From: Bacteroidota bacterium
Lineage (GTDB): Bacteria > Bacteroidota > Ignavibacteria > Palsa-1295
Direction: 5' to 3'
Length of the DNA: 64,000 nucleotides
NCBI GenBank assembly: GCA_030706385.1
Contig: JAUZOQ010000005.1
Coordinates: forward strand, 832-64,831
Made by a program: the position numbers and the translations under genes. Below are positions 28,206 through 38,227 of this stretch, piece by piece; position 1 is the stretch's first letter; the number at the start of each line of letters is the position of its first letter. Below the pieces are notes generated by a model. It saw only the letters and a program-made list of their open reading frames with translations. It did no database searches and had not been told where the DNA came from.

Positions 28206-29186
28206 ATGAAGACATCATACTACCGGCTCCTACGGCTGGCAGTGATCGCCACAGGATTCGCATTCATCGCAGTATTTCTCCTTCTCATGATTCCGCGTCT
28301 TGGCGAGGTGCTGCCCTTCGATGCCTGGGTATTTCTTATTCGCGGTGCTATCCTGATGGCAGTAGGTCTCATTATCGCCTTCAAGCTGCCACATGCGAAC
28401 GAGCATATATTCTTCGCACTGTTCCTGGTGAACTTCGGATTCAATTCCTGGTTGAGCTTTAATCCTGTGTTCTGGCTTGTCGGAGCTCTTTCGTGGTCGC
28501 TGACCTCAGCAAGCTTCGTCTATGCGATGATGAAATATCCCGGAGTTTCTGCCAGAGAATTATATCAGAATTACCTTGCACGTAGGCGTCCGCTCTATAA
28601 AAGGCCGGTGCTCTTCTTCACCGATGATAAAAAATTTTGGTTAATCTTTTTTCCTGTGCTTATCGGACTGCGCATTGCCGTCACAGTTACTTCCTCAGCA
28701 GTTTTTTCGCAGATCGTGAATGTCGTCGTTATCTTTTGCGGATTGATCTATTTCCGGATAAGTTACAATCTTGCAGGGAAAGCCGATCGGAGCAGACTTG
28801 CCTGGATCATTTGGGGCGTTGTGGTTACGCTTTTGCTGACAATGGTCGAAGTTGTCGTTAGGATCTTCTATCCGGAAGCGCCTCAGGCCATCTATCAAGT
28901 TCTGGCAGCACTGACGGCAGCGACGGTTTGCATATCGCTCGTGATGGGAGTGTTCTTCTCCGGATTCCTTGATTCAGGACTTGTGGTTCGCGGTACGATC
29001 GTTTATAGTGCGATATTCTTATCGGTCGTGTTCCTCTTCAGCTTCGTCGAGCACTTCATCGAACATGAGATCGCAACGCTTATCCATATTGAGACCGATA
29101 TGGCAAGCGCATTCCTGGCCGGATTCCTCGCCCTTCTGATCCAGCCGCTGCATGAGAAGCTGGAGCATAAGTTGCCGAAGTTTTAA
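28206..29186 (+). CDS. Polytopic membrane protein resembling a stand-alone sensor module
   Basis: Many TMs; C-terminal LD..LVVRGTIVYS...LIQPLHEKLE resembles membrane input regions of kinases/cyclases. Confidence 0.65.
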   Translation: MKTSYYRLLRLAVIATGFAFIAVFLLLMIPRLGEVLPFDAWVFLIRGAILMAVGLIIAFKLPHANEHIFFALFLVNFGFNSWLSFNPVFWLVGALSWSLTSASFVYAMMKYPGVSARELYQNYLARRRPLYKRPVLFFTDDKKFWLIFFPVLIGLRIAVTVTSSAVFSQIVNVVVIFCGLIYFRISYNLAGKADRSRLAWIIWGVVVTLLLTMVEVVVRIFYPEAPQAIYQVLAALTAATVCISLVMGVFFSGFLDSGLVVRGTIVYSAIFLSVVFLFSFVEHFIEHEIATLIHIETDMASAFLAGFLALLIQPLHEKLEHKLPKF

Positions 29187-29326
29187 ATGTTCAACTATAG
29201 TTACTCTCTTGTCGGTGATCTGGGGAAACCGAACTCTCTGAAATTCCCTTTTCTGCGCTCTCGGCTCCTAATTGACAATTATTGAGTATATTTGCATAGG
29301 AAATATTCACAATTTTCAGGAAAATC

Positions 29327-30157
29327 GTGTCAGAAATAGCACTATCACACCAAACCGAAGTGCATGAACATCATGCGCCCGTCTATACGAGCACCGGAAC
29401 GCCGATGGGAAAAGTCTTCATGTGGCTTTTCCTGTGCCAGGATGCGCTGATGTTTATGGGCTTGTTCGCAGCCTATATCTCCGTCCGTATCGGGCAGTCC
29501 AGTCTGTGGCCATCGCCGAACTCTGCACACATGCCGGGAATGGAGCATTATCCGCTCGATATCAATCTTACGGCAATCAATACGTTTATCCTGATCTGCT
29601 CGAGCGTTACGATGGTTATGGCCGTGCAGGCTGCACGCACGCAATCGAAGAAAGGCCTCATTAAGTGGCTGCTTCTGACTGCGCTCGGTGGTGCGATCTT
29701 CCTTTCCGTTCAAGTTTATGAATACCGTCATTTGATCGGTGAAGACGGCATGGGAATGGAGAAAAGCCTTTTCGACGCCACATTCTTCAGCCTTACCGGT
29801 TTCCACGGACTGCACGTTTTCAGCGGAGTTGTTTATCTTCTCTGCGTTGTGATCGCAACGAAACTCGGACCGAAACCGCATTCGGAGAACGGATGGGTTA
29901 TGACGATCATGCGGCTTATAGCAATAGGGCTCCCGCTCTATTTATGGTTCGGACCGCTACACAAATGGCCGCCTCTTCCGCATGTTCTTGTTTCGATCCT
30001 TGCCGGAGCCGTACCGTACATCATTATTCGAAGCGTCAAATGGCTTCGCGAACGTCCGGCCTATACGCAGGGTGATGACATTGAAGTTGTAGGCCTGTAT
30101 TGGCATTTTGTCGATCTGATCTGGATTATCTTATTTACGCTGGTATATTTGATATAA
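29327..30157 (+). CDS. ctaE: Heme-copper oxidase subunit III
   Basis: MWLFL..D...F.GLF, INTFILICSS.TM, FFSLTGFHGLHV, GLYWHFVDLIWI; TATATTTG box at 29287-29294. Confidence 0.92.
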   Translation: MSEIALSHQTEVHEHHAPVYTSTGTPMGKVFMWLFLCQDALMFMGLFAAYISVRIGQSSLWPSPNSAHMPGMEHYPLDINLTAINTFILICSSVTMVMAVQAARTQSKKGLIKWLLLTALGGAIFLSVQVYEYRHLIGEDGMGMEKSLFDATFFSLTGFHGLHVFSGVVYLLCVVIATKLGPKPHSENGWVMTIMRLIAIGLPLYLWFGPLHKWPPLPHVLVSILAGAVPYIIIRSVKWLRERPAYTQGDDIEVVGLYWHFVDLIWIILFTLVYLI

Positions 30158-30453
30158 TGGAACATACTGAAACCAACCATACTAAAACATACCTGAAGAT
30201 CTTCGGTGCATTAGCTGTTCTGACGATCATCGAAGTCATCATCTCGCAGAGCGGCATGCCGCAGACTCCGATGGTGGTTTTGCTGATTGCCTTCGCTTTG
30301 GTAAAAGCCGGACTTGTTGCATTGTATTTCATGCATTTGCACTATGATGCAAAATTCCTTTCCATCATTGCGTACGCACCGCTTGTCGTTGCTTCGATCC
30401 TGATCTTTATGCTAGCAATGGAATGGACATTCCAGCCTCATTGGCTATTTTAA
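30157..30453 (+). CDS. ctaF: Cytochrome c oxidase subunit IV family protein
   Basis: YLKIFGAL.VLTIIEV, KAGLVALYFMHL; ATG overlaps the subunit III stop (TAATG). Confidence 0.88.
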   Translation: MEHTETNHTKTYLKIFGALAVLTIIEVIISQSGMPQTPMVVLLIAFALVKAGLVALYFMHLHYDAKFLSIIAYAPLVVASILIFMLAMEWTFQPHWLF

Positions 30454-30455
30454 CG

Positions 30456-30584
30456 GTGGATGAGAATCCGCAGCAAATAGATCGCAATCCGAAATTCAAA
30501 CGGCGCCTTGCCATCGGCATTGCGATCTGGGTTTTCCTGATGTTCCTCTTTCTCGCCTTTGCGATCGCCATCGATTGGCATTAG
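30456..30584 (+). CDS. 42-aa single-TM small protein (not in the ORF track)
   Basis: GTG start 2 nt after the ctaF stop: MDENPQQIDRNPKFKRRLAIGIAIWVFLMFLFLAFAIAIDWH. Confidence 0.6.
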   Translation: MDENPQQIDRNPKFKRRLAIGIAIWVFLMFLFLAFAIAIDWH

Positions 30585-30593
30585 GATTATCCG

Positions 30594-31334
30594 ATGCCTT
30601 CAACAAGAAATTCTCCTTCTAAGAGTAAGACTCTTCTCATCGCTGCAGCTATTGCGATCTCGGGTGCCCTGATCTATATAGCAATTCCAAAAGGCGAATC
30701 ACCGAAGCAGGCAGAGCAGAATGCTTCATCGTTTTCAGGAATTGCACCGAAGGATTTTCATGGCATTCCTCCCGAAGGCACAGGTGGCGATCCCGATCTC
30801 AATCGAAAAAAGAATCGGTGGGTAGCTCCAATCGATGTTACGCCAATGACTGTAAGCCAAGTCATCGGCTTGCCTCATGATGATCTTTCGCTCATGGGAA
30901 AAGAATCACGCAGCAAATGGAGCGAGGCAGCGCGCGCTCAGGCCGCTGCAAGTGAGTCTCGGGGAATTCAAGTAGTAGGTTATCTCGCTCATGCAAAAGA
31001 ATCCGGCGCGGAATCCTGCAACGGCAAGAACGACATCTATCATGATTTTCATATCTGGATCACCGAATCGCCGGGTGAAAATAAGAATCAGGGGATTATT
31101 GTCGAAGCGACTCCTTTTTGGAAGGAGCAATTTCCGGCCTGGAGATTAAGCACATTTGAAAAACTTGCTTCTGGGCAAGCACAAGTCCGGGTAACAGGCT
31201 GGCTGCTTTGGGACCAGGAACACGGGGATGAAGTGGGCAAATCTCGTGGCTCGCTTTGGGAGATCCATCCGTTCACGAAATTCGAATATTTCTCCGGAGG
31301 CAAGTGGGTCGAGTTAGCATCGGCGCCGTTGTGA
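30594..31334 (+). CDS. Membrane-anchored conserved hypothetical protein, OB-fold-like
   Basis: N-terminal TM; DFHIWI, VEATP, VRVTGWLLWD.EH, WEIHP motifs. Confidence 0.7.
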   Translation: MPSTRNSPSKSKTLLIAAAIAISGALIYIAIPKGESPKQAEQNASSFSGIAPKDFHGIPPEGTGGDPDLNRKKNRWVAPIDVTPMTVSQVIGLPHDDLSLMGKESRSKWSEAARAQAAASESRGIQVVGYLAHAKESGAESCNGKNDIYHDFHIWITESPGENKNQGIIVEATPFWKEQFPAWRLSTFEKLASGQAQVRVTGWLLWDQEHGDEVGKSRGSLWEIHPFTKFEYFSGGKWVELASAPL

Positions 31335-31423
31335 CCCTGGCCACCGATCCAAGCGACCAGGCAAAACTTTTATTCCCTTCACCTTCGTTACAGAGCGTGG
31401 TATTGAGCTATTAATCAACACAT

Positions 31424-32134
31424 ATGAAATTTATCGTCGTAGTATCCGTCCTGCTTTATTGCAGCGCCGCATTTTCCCAAGAAGATAAGCCGACTCCGGC
31501 CATGGTACCCGGAAGAACAATGGCGCCCGTTCAACCGAAATCGTATCCCGATAGTGTGGAGTTTGCAAAAGCATTTAAGGAATACTATGCCCTGAACAAA
31601 CCTGAAAAAACGCTGAAACAGCAGGCCGAGCAATACTTCCATAGTTTATCGCGCGGATTTGCCATGCAAGGCATCGATTCAGCCGAAGCTGCGAAAGTGG
31701 CATTCAAGGGCCTTGACGAAAAAGCGCTAGAGAAGATCTATTTTGATACCTACCGCAGAAATTTGACTGCGAAAGAATTGAAGAAGTTTGCCGAATTCAT
31801 CAAGACTCCGGAAGGAAAGCATATTGCCGATGTCTGGCAGAACTTACAGCGCGTTACGACAGAATCTTCAATGTACATTGCGCGCACGATCAACTTGAAC
31901 CTCACTCCGATACGCCAGGCAGCTCATGAAAAAATGGAGAAAGAACGCCCGCCCCAAAAGCGCAAAGCAGATGGACAGGATAAACTGCCTAAGTCTTCCG
32001 CACCTGCGACGATCGATGTTTTCGATCAAAGAAATGCGGCCAGCAAAGATTCAATGATGAGAGTGCAAAGTTTGCAGCGTGGCCTGCCCAAATCTATCGA
32101 TTCGCTTGCAACACCTCCGCCGTCGAAGCAGTGA
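31424..32134 (+). CDS. Exported DUF2059-like protein
   Basis: Signal peptide; YRRNLTAKELKKFAEFIKTPEGK. Confidence 0.7.
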   Translation: MKFIVVVSVLLYCSAAFSQEDKPTPAMVPGRTMAPVQPKSYPDSVEFAKAFKEYYALNKPEKTLKQQAEQYFHSLSRGFAMQGIDSAEAAKVAFKGLDEKALEKIYFDTYRRNLTAKELKKFAEFIKTPEGKHIADVWQNLQRVTTESSMYIARTINLNLTPIRQAAHEKMEKERPPQKRKADGQDKLPKSSAPATIDVFDQRNAASKDSMMRVQSLQRGLPKSIDSLATPPPSKQ

Positions 32135-32961
32135 GTGCGGAGCAAAGTATCGGTGTCTTTGATTCCGGCATCGGCGGACTGACGGTCGTTAAAGAATTAT
32201 TTTCCCGCGTACCGCATGAGCGCATCGTGTATTTCGGCGATACTGCCAGAGTCCCTTACGGTTCGAAATCCGTAGAAACTGTCCGCCGCTATGCCCGCGA
32301 AGATACTGAACTGCTTCTTCGGCATCATCCGAAACTCATCGTCGTCGCCTGCAATACCGTCAGTGCCGTTGCACTCGATGTTGTCAAATCACTTGCAAAT
32401 GGAATCCCGGTGATCGGAATGATCGAGCCGGCATGCAAAGAGGCGATCCGCGTTTCTGCTTCCGGGAAGATCGGCATCATCGGTACGGATGCGACGATCT
32501 CGAGCAAAGCATATGAAACCGAGTTGCGGAACGAGGCCAAGCGAATGGGGAAAGAGATCGAGACGTTCGCCAAAGCTTGTCCGCTCTTTGTCCCGCTTGC
32601 CGAAGAAGGCTGGGAAGAAAAAATAGTTGCCGAACTCGTTGCGCGCGAATATCTTCACTCTCTGCACGAAGCAAAAGTCGATACGCTGATCTTAGGCTGC
32701 ACGCATTACCCGGTTCTCTCTCATGTCATTCAAACCGTTATGGGAGCAGGCGTAACGTTGATAAACTCCGGTGCGATCGCAGCGCAGGAAGTAAAGATCC
32801 TCGAAGGTGATGCCGGAGCAAAACGATCCGATCACGTATTCTTCGTAAGCGATATTCCACGCAAATTCCAGTCGCTCGGTGAAAGATTCTTAGGCCGCGA
32901 ATTGCCTACAGTCAAACAAGTGACATACGAAGAGGCCTGGGTCATCGAACACGATAGCTGA
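32131..32961 (+). CDS. murI: Glutamate racemase
   Basis: IGVFDSGIGGLTV, PYGSKS, VACNT, LGCTHYP. Confidence 0.97.
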   Translation: MSAEQSIGVFDSGIGGLTVVKELFSRVPHERIVYFGDTARVPYGSKSVETVRRYAREDTELLLRHHPKLIVVACNTVSAVALDVVKSLANGIPVIGMIEPACKEAIRVSASGKIGIIGTDATISSKAYETELRNEAKRMGKEIETFAKACPLFVPLAEEGWEEKIVAELVAREYLHSLHEAKVDTLILGCTHYPVLSHVIQTVMGAGVTLINSGAIAAQEVKILEGDAGAKRSDHVFFVSDIPRKFQSLGERFLGRELPTVKQVTYEEAWVIEHDS

Positions 32962-32967
32962 GAGCGC

Positions 32968-34893
32968 ATGTCCCCAAAAAAAGCGAAGTCATCCCCACCG
33001 GTTTCGAAGCGTGCTGCACCTCCTGCCGGCCGGAACAAATTCCTGACGTTATTGGCAGGAATCGTAGTACTCTGCGTAGGGCTCTATCAAGCAATTGGAT
33101 TACGCTGGGTTTCCGATGATGCCTTCATCACCTATCGTTATGTAAAGAACTTCGTCGAAGGCCATGGTATTGTTTACAATCCGGGTGAATATGTCGAAGG
33201 TTATACCCATTTTCTTTGGCTTCTGATCTTATCGGTAGCGAAGGCGATCGGCCTCGATCCCGTCGATGCAAGTATGTGGCTTGGTATTGCCGCATACACG
33301 GGAATCTTGATTCTCTTCCTCATTATTTCGAGGAAAGAACAAAAAAGGAATTCGCATTCTGAACAGAATTCATTTTTCATTCCGCTGGCTGCACTCCTTC
33401 TCGCCTTGAATTATGACATGGCCGTCTGGGCAAGCGGCGGCCTTGAGACTGCGCTCTATACTTTCCTTATTTCTCTTTCATTCTTCACCTGGTTCTATAC
33501 CGAGCTTGAGACTAAAAAGAAATTGCTTACTACCGGATGCATTTTACTTCTGGCAACACTTACGCGTCCGGACGGAGCGCTTTTTATTCTCGCAGCCTTT
33601 GGATTGTTGATAGTAATGGGATTGAAGCAAAAGATCTCATTTGCCATCACCGCCCGATCGATCGGACTTCTCGTTTTGCCTGTGCTTGCCTTCGGCATTC
33701 CCTATCTGTTCTGGAAGTATAGTTATTACGGAGATATCTTCCCGACAACATACTATGCGAAATCTGCCGATCAAAATTATTTCGGACAAGGCTTCTTCTA
33801 CATCTGGCTGTTTTTCCGCGTGTATTTCTCCGCAGGCATTGCATTAGTGATCCTCGGCACTCTTGCTATCGTACGAAAGATCCGATTCCATACTTCGAAG
33901 GATGTCAGTAGCGCAGATAAGTTTATGACTGGCGGCTCTCCTGTGATCGCCGCCTCAACCGCGATCGTTATCTATCTCGTATTGAATGTTGCGCGAGTTG
34001 GTGGAGATTTCATGTTCGCGCGATTCATGATTCCCGTTCTGCCGCTTATCTACTATCTTATCGAATCCTTAGTAAACCGTCTCGCACTCTTTCCAAAGTT
34101 CAGGTTTGCTGTTCCGATTGCGTTGATCTGTTTCGTAGTACTGGAGACCGGACTTCGTGAGAAAGTCTTGTTCCACTTCGATCAGAAGAGCGGTCAGCTT
34201 GCCGGCAATTGGGACGGTCCCGATGGCGGCGAGACGCATGGAATAGCCGATGAGCGCTGGGTCTATATGCGAAAGAGATTTCTGCTCAACGGCGTTGAGC
34301 GTGGTTCGCTCGATGTATATTGCGATATCGGAAAATATTACGAGCCGTTCTTCGAAGGCCTGCCTGTTACCGTTGCCATCACCGGCGCGCAGAATATGAT
34401 CGCCTATTATGCGAATTTTCATACATGTATCAATGAATACGGACTCACCGATAAATTCATCGCTCACATGCCGATCACAGGCCGCGGAAGGATCGGACAT
34501 GAAAAGATGGCGCCGGAAGAATATCTGATCAAGCGAGGAGTTCAGCTTCAATTCTTCTCCGTCGTGCAAAAACTTCCGGAACAGCGGTCGTGGGATATGG
34601 CAGCATTTGAAATTCCGGAGTATGGAATATGGCAGATCGCAAAAGTATTTGTTTACGATAAACCGATCATGGATGAGTTGTTCCGGAGATTCCGGGCAGC
34701 AGGAATTCGGGCCATGCTGCCGAAATACGAAATGATCATGCCTCTCTATCTCAACACAACAATGCCCTCCCTGCCCGTCGAACAGGTCAAAGAGGATTAC
34801 GAATCCTTTAAGCGCCTCTACTTCAATCGCTATCCGGATCCCGCAGCCCAAAAGAGAATTGAGGACTACATTGCTCAAAAGAGCAAGAGCTAA
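32968..34893 (+). CDS. GT-C fold membrane glycosyltransferase (AftB/PMT-like)
   Basis: DDAFITYRY..N...G.G.VYNPGEYVEGYT, SGGLET, TRPDG, PTTYYAK, GGDFM..RF. Confidence 0.8.
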   Translation: MSPKKAKSSPPVSKRAAPPAGRNKFLTLLAGIVVLCVGLYQAIGLRWVSDDAFITYRYVKNFVEGHGIVYNPGEYVEGYTHFLWLLILSVAKAIGLDPVDASMWLGIAAYTGILILFLIISRKEQKRNSHSEQNSFFIPLAALLLALNYDMAVWASGGLETALYTFLISLSFFTWFYTELETKKKLLTTGCILLLATLTRPDGALFILAAFGLLIVMGLKQKISFAITARSIGLLVLPVLAFGIPYLFWKYSYYGDIFPTTYYAKSADQNYFGQGFFYIWLFFRVYFSAGIALVILGTLAIVRKIRFHTSKDVSSADKFMTGGSPVIAASTAIVIYLVLNVARVGGDFMFARFMIPVLPLIYYLIESLVNRLALFPKFRFAVPIALICFVVLETGLREKVLFHFDQKSGQLAGNWDGPDGGETHGIADERWVYMRKRFLLNGVERGSLDVYCDIGKYYEPFFEGLPVTVAITGAQNMIAYYANFHTCINEYGLTDKFIAHMPITGRGRIGHEKMAPEEYLIKRGVQLQFFSVVQKLPEQRSWDMAAFEIPEYGIWQIAKVFVYDKPIMDELFRRFRAAGIRAMLPKYEMIMPLYLNTTMPSLPVEQVKEDYESFKRLYFNRYPDPAAQKRIEDYIAQKSKS

Positions 34894-34943
34894 GCGCGAT
34901 TTGCGTAAGTTTGTAGTCCGAATTACAATTGTAGAATACCACT

Positions 34944-35960
34944 ATGAATCCAATCTCCGGACTTTCGATCGCCGTCATCGTCGCATGTCTGTTCTTCCTA
35001 ATCTTCCTGCTGTACATGGTGCCGCTCGGCCTCTGGATCACCGCACTTTCAAGCGGAGTAAAAGTCCGCATCTTTGGCGACTTAGTTGGCATGCGTTTCC
35101 GCAAAGTCCCGCCAGATGTGATCATTCGCTCGAAGATCACGGCAACGAAGGCAGGCATTAGTATCGATATTCCGTCATTGGAAGCACATTACATGGCCGG
35201 CGGAAACGTGCCGAAAGTTATTAATGCACTCATCAGCGCCCATAAAGCTAATATCGATCTCGATTTTAATCGTGCCGCAGCTATCGATCTTGCAGGTCGC
35301 GACGTGCTCGAAGCCGTAAAGCTATCGGTTAATCCGAAAGTCATTGAGACTCCGCCTGTAGCTGCCGTTGCCAAAAACGGTATTCAGGTGACGGCCGTGG
35401 CCCGAGTCACCATCCGTGCCAATCTCGAGCGCCTTGTCGGCGGAGCTGGAGAAGCGACGATCCTGGCCAGAGTCGGCGAGGGAATCGTGACGACGATCGG
35501 TTCGAGTAATTCGCATAAAGAAGTGCTCGAAAGCCCCGACAATATTTCTAAAACTGTTCTTGCGAAAGGGCTCGATTCCGGAACGGCGTATGAGATTCTC
35601 TCCATTGATATTGCCGATGTCGATATCGGACAGAATATCGGCGCAAAACTTCAGAGCGATCAGGCCGAAGCGGAGCTGAAGGTTGCTCGTGCCAAAGCCG
35701 AAGAGCGCCGCGCTGCTGCTATTGCATTCGAACAGGAAATGAAGGCACGAGTGCAGGAGATGCGCGCAAAGGTTGTTGAATCCGAAGCGCAGATCCCGAT
35801 GGCTATTGCAGAAGCTTTCCGCACCGGAAAACTTGGAGTTCTCGATTACTACAATATGCAGAATGTCCAGGCCGATACGGGCATGAGGAAGGCCATTGCC
35901 GAAAGTGCTTCACCGGAAATGGGAACAACTGGCGGAAGCGCAACGACAGGAAATGCTTGA
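34944..35960 (+). CDS. floA: Flotillin-like protein FloA (YqfA/SPFH)
   Basis: [42 protein letters not shown]; TAAGTTTG box at 34906-34913. Confidence 0.93.
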   Translation: MNPISGLSIAVIVACLFFLIFLLYMVPLGLWITALSSGVKVRIFGDLVGMRFRKVPPDVIIRSKITATKAGISIDIPSLEAHYMAGGNVPKVINALISAHKANIDLDFNRAAAIDLAGRDVLEAVKLSVNPKVIETPPVAAVAKNGIQVTAVARVTIRANLERLVGGAGEATILARVGEGIVTTIGSSNSHKEVLESPDNISKTVLAKGLDSGTAYEILSIDIADVDIGQNIGAKLQSDQAEAELKVARAKAEERRAAAIAFEQEMKARVQEMRAKVVESEAQIPMAIAEAFRTGKLGVLDYYNMQNVQADTGMRKAIAESASPEMGTTGGSATTGNA

Positions 35961-35961
35961 T

Positions 35962-35996
35962 CAATTTTCAATTTTCGATGGTCAATGTGCAATGGA
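35962..35996. repeat. Five tandem heptamers (caatnnn), STRR-like
   Basis: caatttt caatttt cgatggt caatgtg caatgga. Confidence 0.55.
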
Positions 35997-36048
35997 TGCA
36001 TACCTGTAAGATACATATGATCAATTATCACAGATCACGAATTGAATA

Positions 36049-37398
36049 ATGCTCATTCGTTCAATATCCGGATTACGCGGAATCACCTCTGCTCCTGATG
36101 GCTTCACTGAAGAAGTCGCAACGCTCTATGCGCAAAGTTTCGCCGCGATGCTTGGTAATAACGGCCTCGTTGCATTGGGCTATGACGGAAGACAGGGTGG
36201 CAAACAATACTACGAGATCATTGCCGAAGCTCTTCGAAATGCCGGATGCGATGTACTTGGGCTTTTGATGGTCCCGACTCCTACGGTCATGTTTGCAGTT
36301 GAAACGCATACATCGGTCAAAGGCGGTATTTCTGTTACTGCAAGCCACAATGGTCAGGAATGGAACGGCATGAAGTTTATTGCCCGGACCGGACTCTTTC
36401 TGGATAAAACCGAAAACGAGAAACTCTGGGCTCTTGTCGATGGCGGTCCTAAGAATCATAATGGAGCATCGGGCGAGTTGATACCGGGAGATGAGGTGAA
36501 GATCGAACATGTTGATAGTGTTTCGCAAATACCATTTCTCTCGATCGAAGCGATCCGGTCGCGGAATTTCAAGATCATTCTCGATGCCGTTAATGCCTCG
36601 GGATCATTCATTGTCCGCGAATTACTCACGGCGCTCGGAGCCCTTGATATTATTCCGCTTCATGCCGATGGCTCCGGAGTATTTCCGCACAGTCCCGAAC
36701 CTGTTCCGCAGAATCTTACGGAGTTATGCGAAGCTGTCCGAAGGGAAAAAGCCGATCTCGGCATAGCCGTCGATCCCGATGCCGATCGATGCGTGCTCAT
36801 CATGGATAATGGCGAACCATTTATTGAAGAGAATACGATCGTTCTGGCTACAGAAGAAGTCCTGCGCAACAGTGAAAAGGGACAGTCCGTCGTTGTCAAT
36901 CTCTCTACGACTCGAAGTGTTGAGGACGTAGCCGAAAAATTCGGCGCAACCGTTTACCGGACACCGGTAGGTGAGATCAATGTTGCAAAGCAAATGAGAT
37001 CGATCAGTGCCGTCATTGGCGGAGAGGGCTCTGGCGGGGTCATCTACCCTTCTGTTCACACCGGACGCGATTCTTTGGTTGCGATTGCACTTGTCCTGAA
37101 CAATCTTGCATTCAGTAATGTAAGCCTTTCGGAAAAGAAGAAATACTTGCCGCAATACGAGATCGTCAAATCGAAGATCGCATTGGAAAACGAAGAGCAG
37201 GTCGCTACTATTCTCGCCGGTGTGCGAGCGAAGATGTCGCCTGAGGCTTTGAAGGTCAATGAAGAAGATGGTATTCGATTCGATTTTGAGAAAAGCTGGC
37301 TTCATGTCCGGGCTTCGAATACCGAACCTATTATCCGGCTAATTGCCGAAGCGCCGACCAAGGAAGAAGCGGAAAGCATTTTAGAGCGGGCGCAATAA
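36049..37398 (+). CDS. glmM: Phosphoglucosamine mutase / phosphomannomutase
   Basis: TASHN, DPDADR, GGEGSGG, RASNTEPIIR; substrate specificity uncertain. Confidence 0.8.
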   Translation: MLIRSISGLRGITSAPDGFTEEVATLYAQSFAAMLGNNGLVALGYDGRQGGKQYYEIIAEALRNAGCDVLGLLMVPTPTVMFAVETHTSVKGGISVTASHNGQEWNGMKFIARTGLFLDKTENEKLWALVDGGPKNHNGASGELIPGDEVKIEHVDSVSQIPFLSIEAIRSRNFKIILDAVNASGSFIVRELLTALGALDIIPLHADGSGVFPHSPEPVPQNLTELCEAVRREKADLGIAVDPDADRCVLIMDNGEPFIEENTIVLATEEVLRNSEKGQSVVVNLSTTRSVEDVAEKFGATVYRTPVGEINVAKQMRSISAVIGGEGSGGVIYPSVHTGRDSLVAIALVLNNLAFSNVSLSEKKKYLPQYEIVKSKIALENEEQVATILAGVRAKMSPEALKVNEEDGIRFDFEKSWLHVRASNTEPIIRLIAEAPTKEEAESILERAQ

Positions 37399-37438
37399 TC
37401 CCATACGATGATTCCTCTGTATTGACGACAGCAACGGC

Positions 37439-38227
37439 ATGGATGCAGTCTCACCGACGAAACAAATAAGCTCAATTCCAACCCTTGTCGTTTCGGGCTT
37501 GAGAAAAGTTTATGGCAGTACCGTTGCCGTCGATGACATCTCTTTCGAACTTCGGCAGAACGAAATACTCGGTCTCTTAGGCCCCAACGGCGCCGGAAAG
37601 ACGACGACGATCAACATGATCCTTGGAGTCCTTAAACCCACAGCCGGAGCGATCTCCGTTGACGGCAAGGATATCGTTCACCACCGAAGTGCAATCTTGG
37701 AACGCACGAACTTCGCAGCAGTCTATGCTCCGCTTCCAGGAAATCTGACCGTTGCGCAAAACCTAAGAATTTTCGGATTACTCTACGGCGTATCGCATCT
37801 GACGGAAAAGATCGAAGAGCTGCTTGCCATGTTTGATCTCACCGCATTCCGTAACACAAAATGCGGAGTGCTATCTTCAGGCGAACAAACGCGTGTCGGC
37901 CTTGCGAAAGCTTTCATCAACGATCCCACACTTCTGCTTCTCGACGAACCGACTGCATCGCTCGATCCTTCGAAAGCCCTGGAGATCCGCACACTCATTC
38001 GTGAGTTCGCCCGTGAGCGATCCGTTGCGATCTTGCTGACTTCGCATAATATGTATGAAGTCGAACATATTTGCGATAGAGTTCTTTTTCTATCGAAAGG
38101 CAAGATCCTTCTTGAAGGCGATCCGAAACTCCTTCCGCAGCAGCATGGGAAAAAGACGCTGGAAGAATTATTCATCACCGTTGCGCGCGAACCGCTTTCG
38201 CTCGAACATGTTGTGGAGCCGTCATGA
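37439..38227 (+). CDS. ABC-2 exporter ATP-binding subunit
   Basis: GPNGAGKT, LSSGE, LLLLDEPT, TSH. Confidence 0.93.
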   Translation: MDAVSPTKQISSIPTLVVSGLRKVYGSTVAVDDISFELRQNEILGLLGPNGAGKTTTINMILGVLKPTAGAISVDGKDIVHHRSAILERTNFAAVYAPLPGNLTVAQNLRIFGLLYGVSHLTEKIEELLAMFDLTAFRNTKCGVLSSGEQTRVGLAKAFINDPTLLLLDEPTASLDPSKALEIRTLIREFARERSVAILLTSHNMYEVEHICDRVLFLSKGKILLEGDPKLLPQQHGKKTLEELFITVAREPLSLEHVVEPS

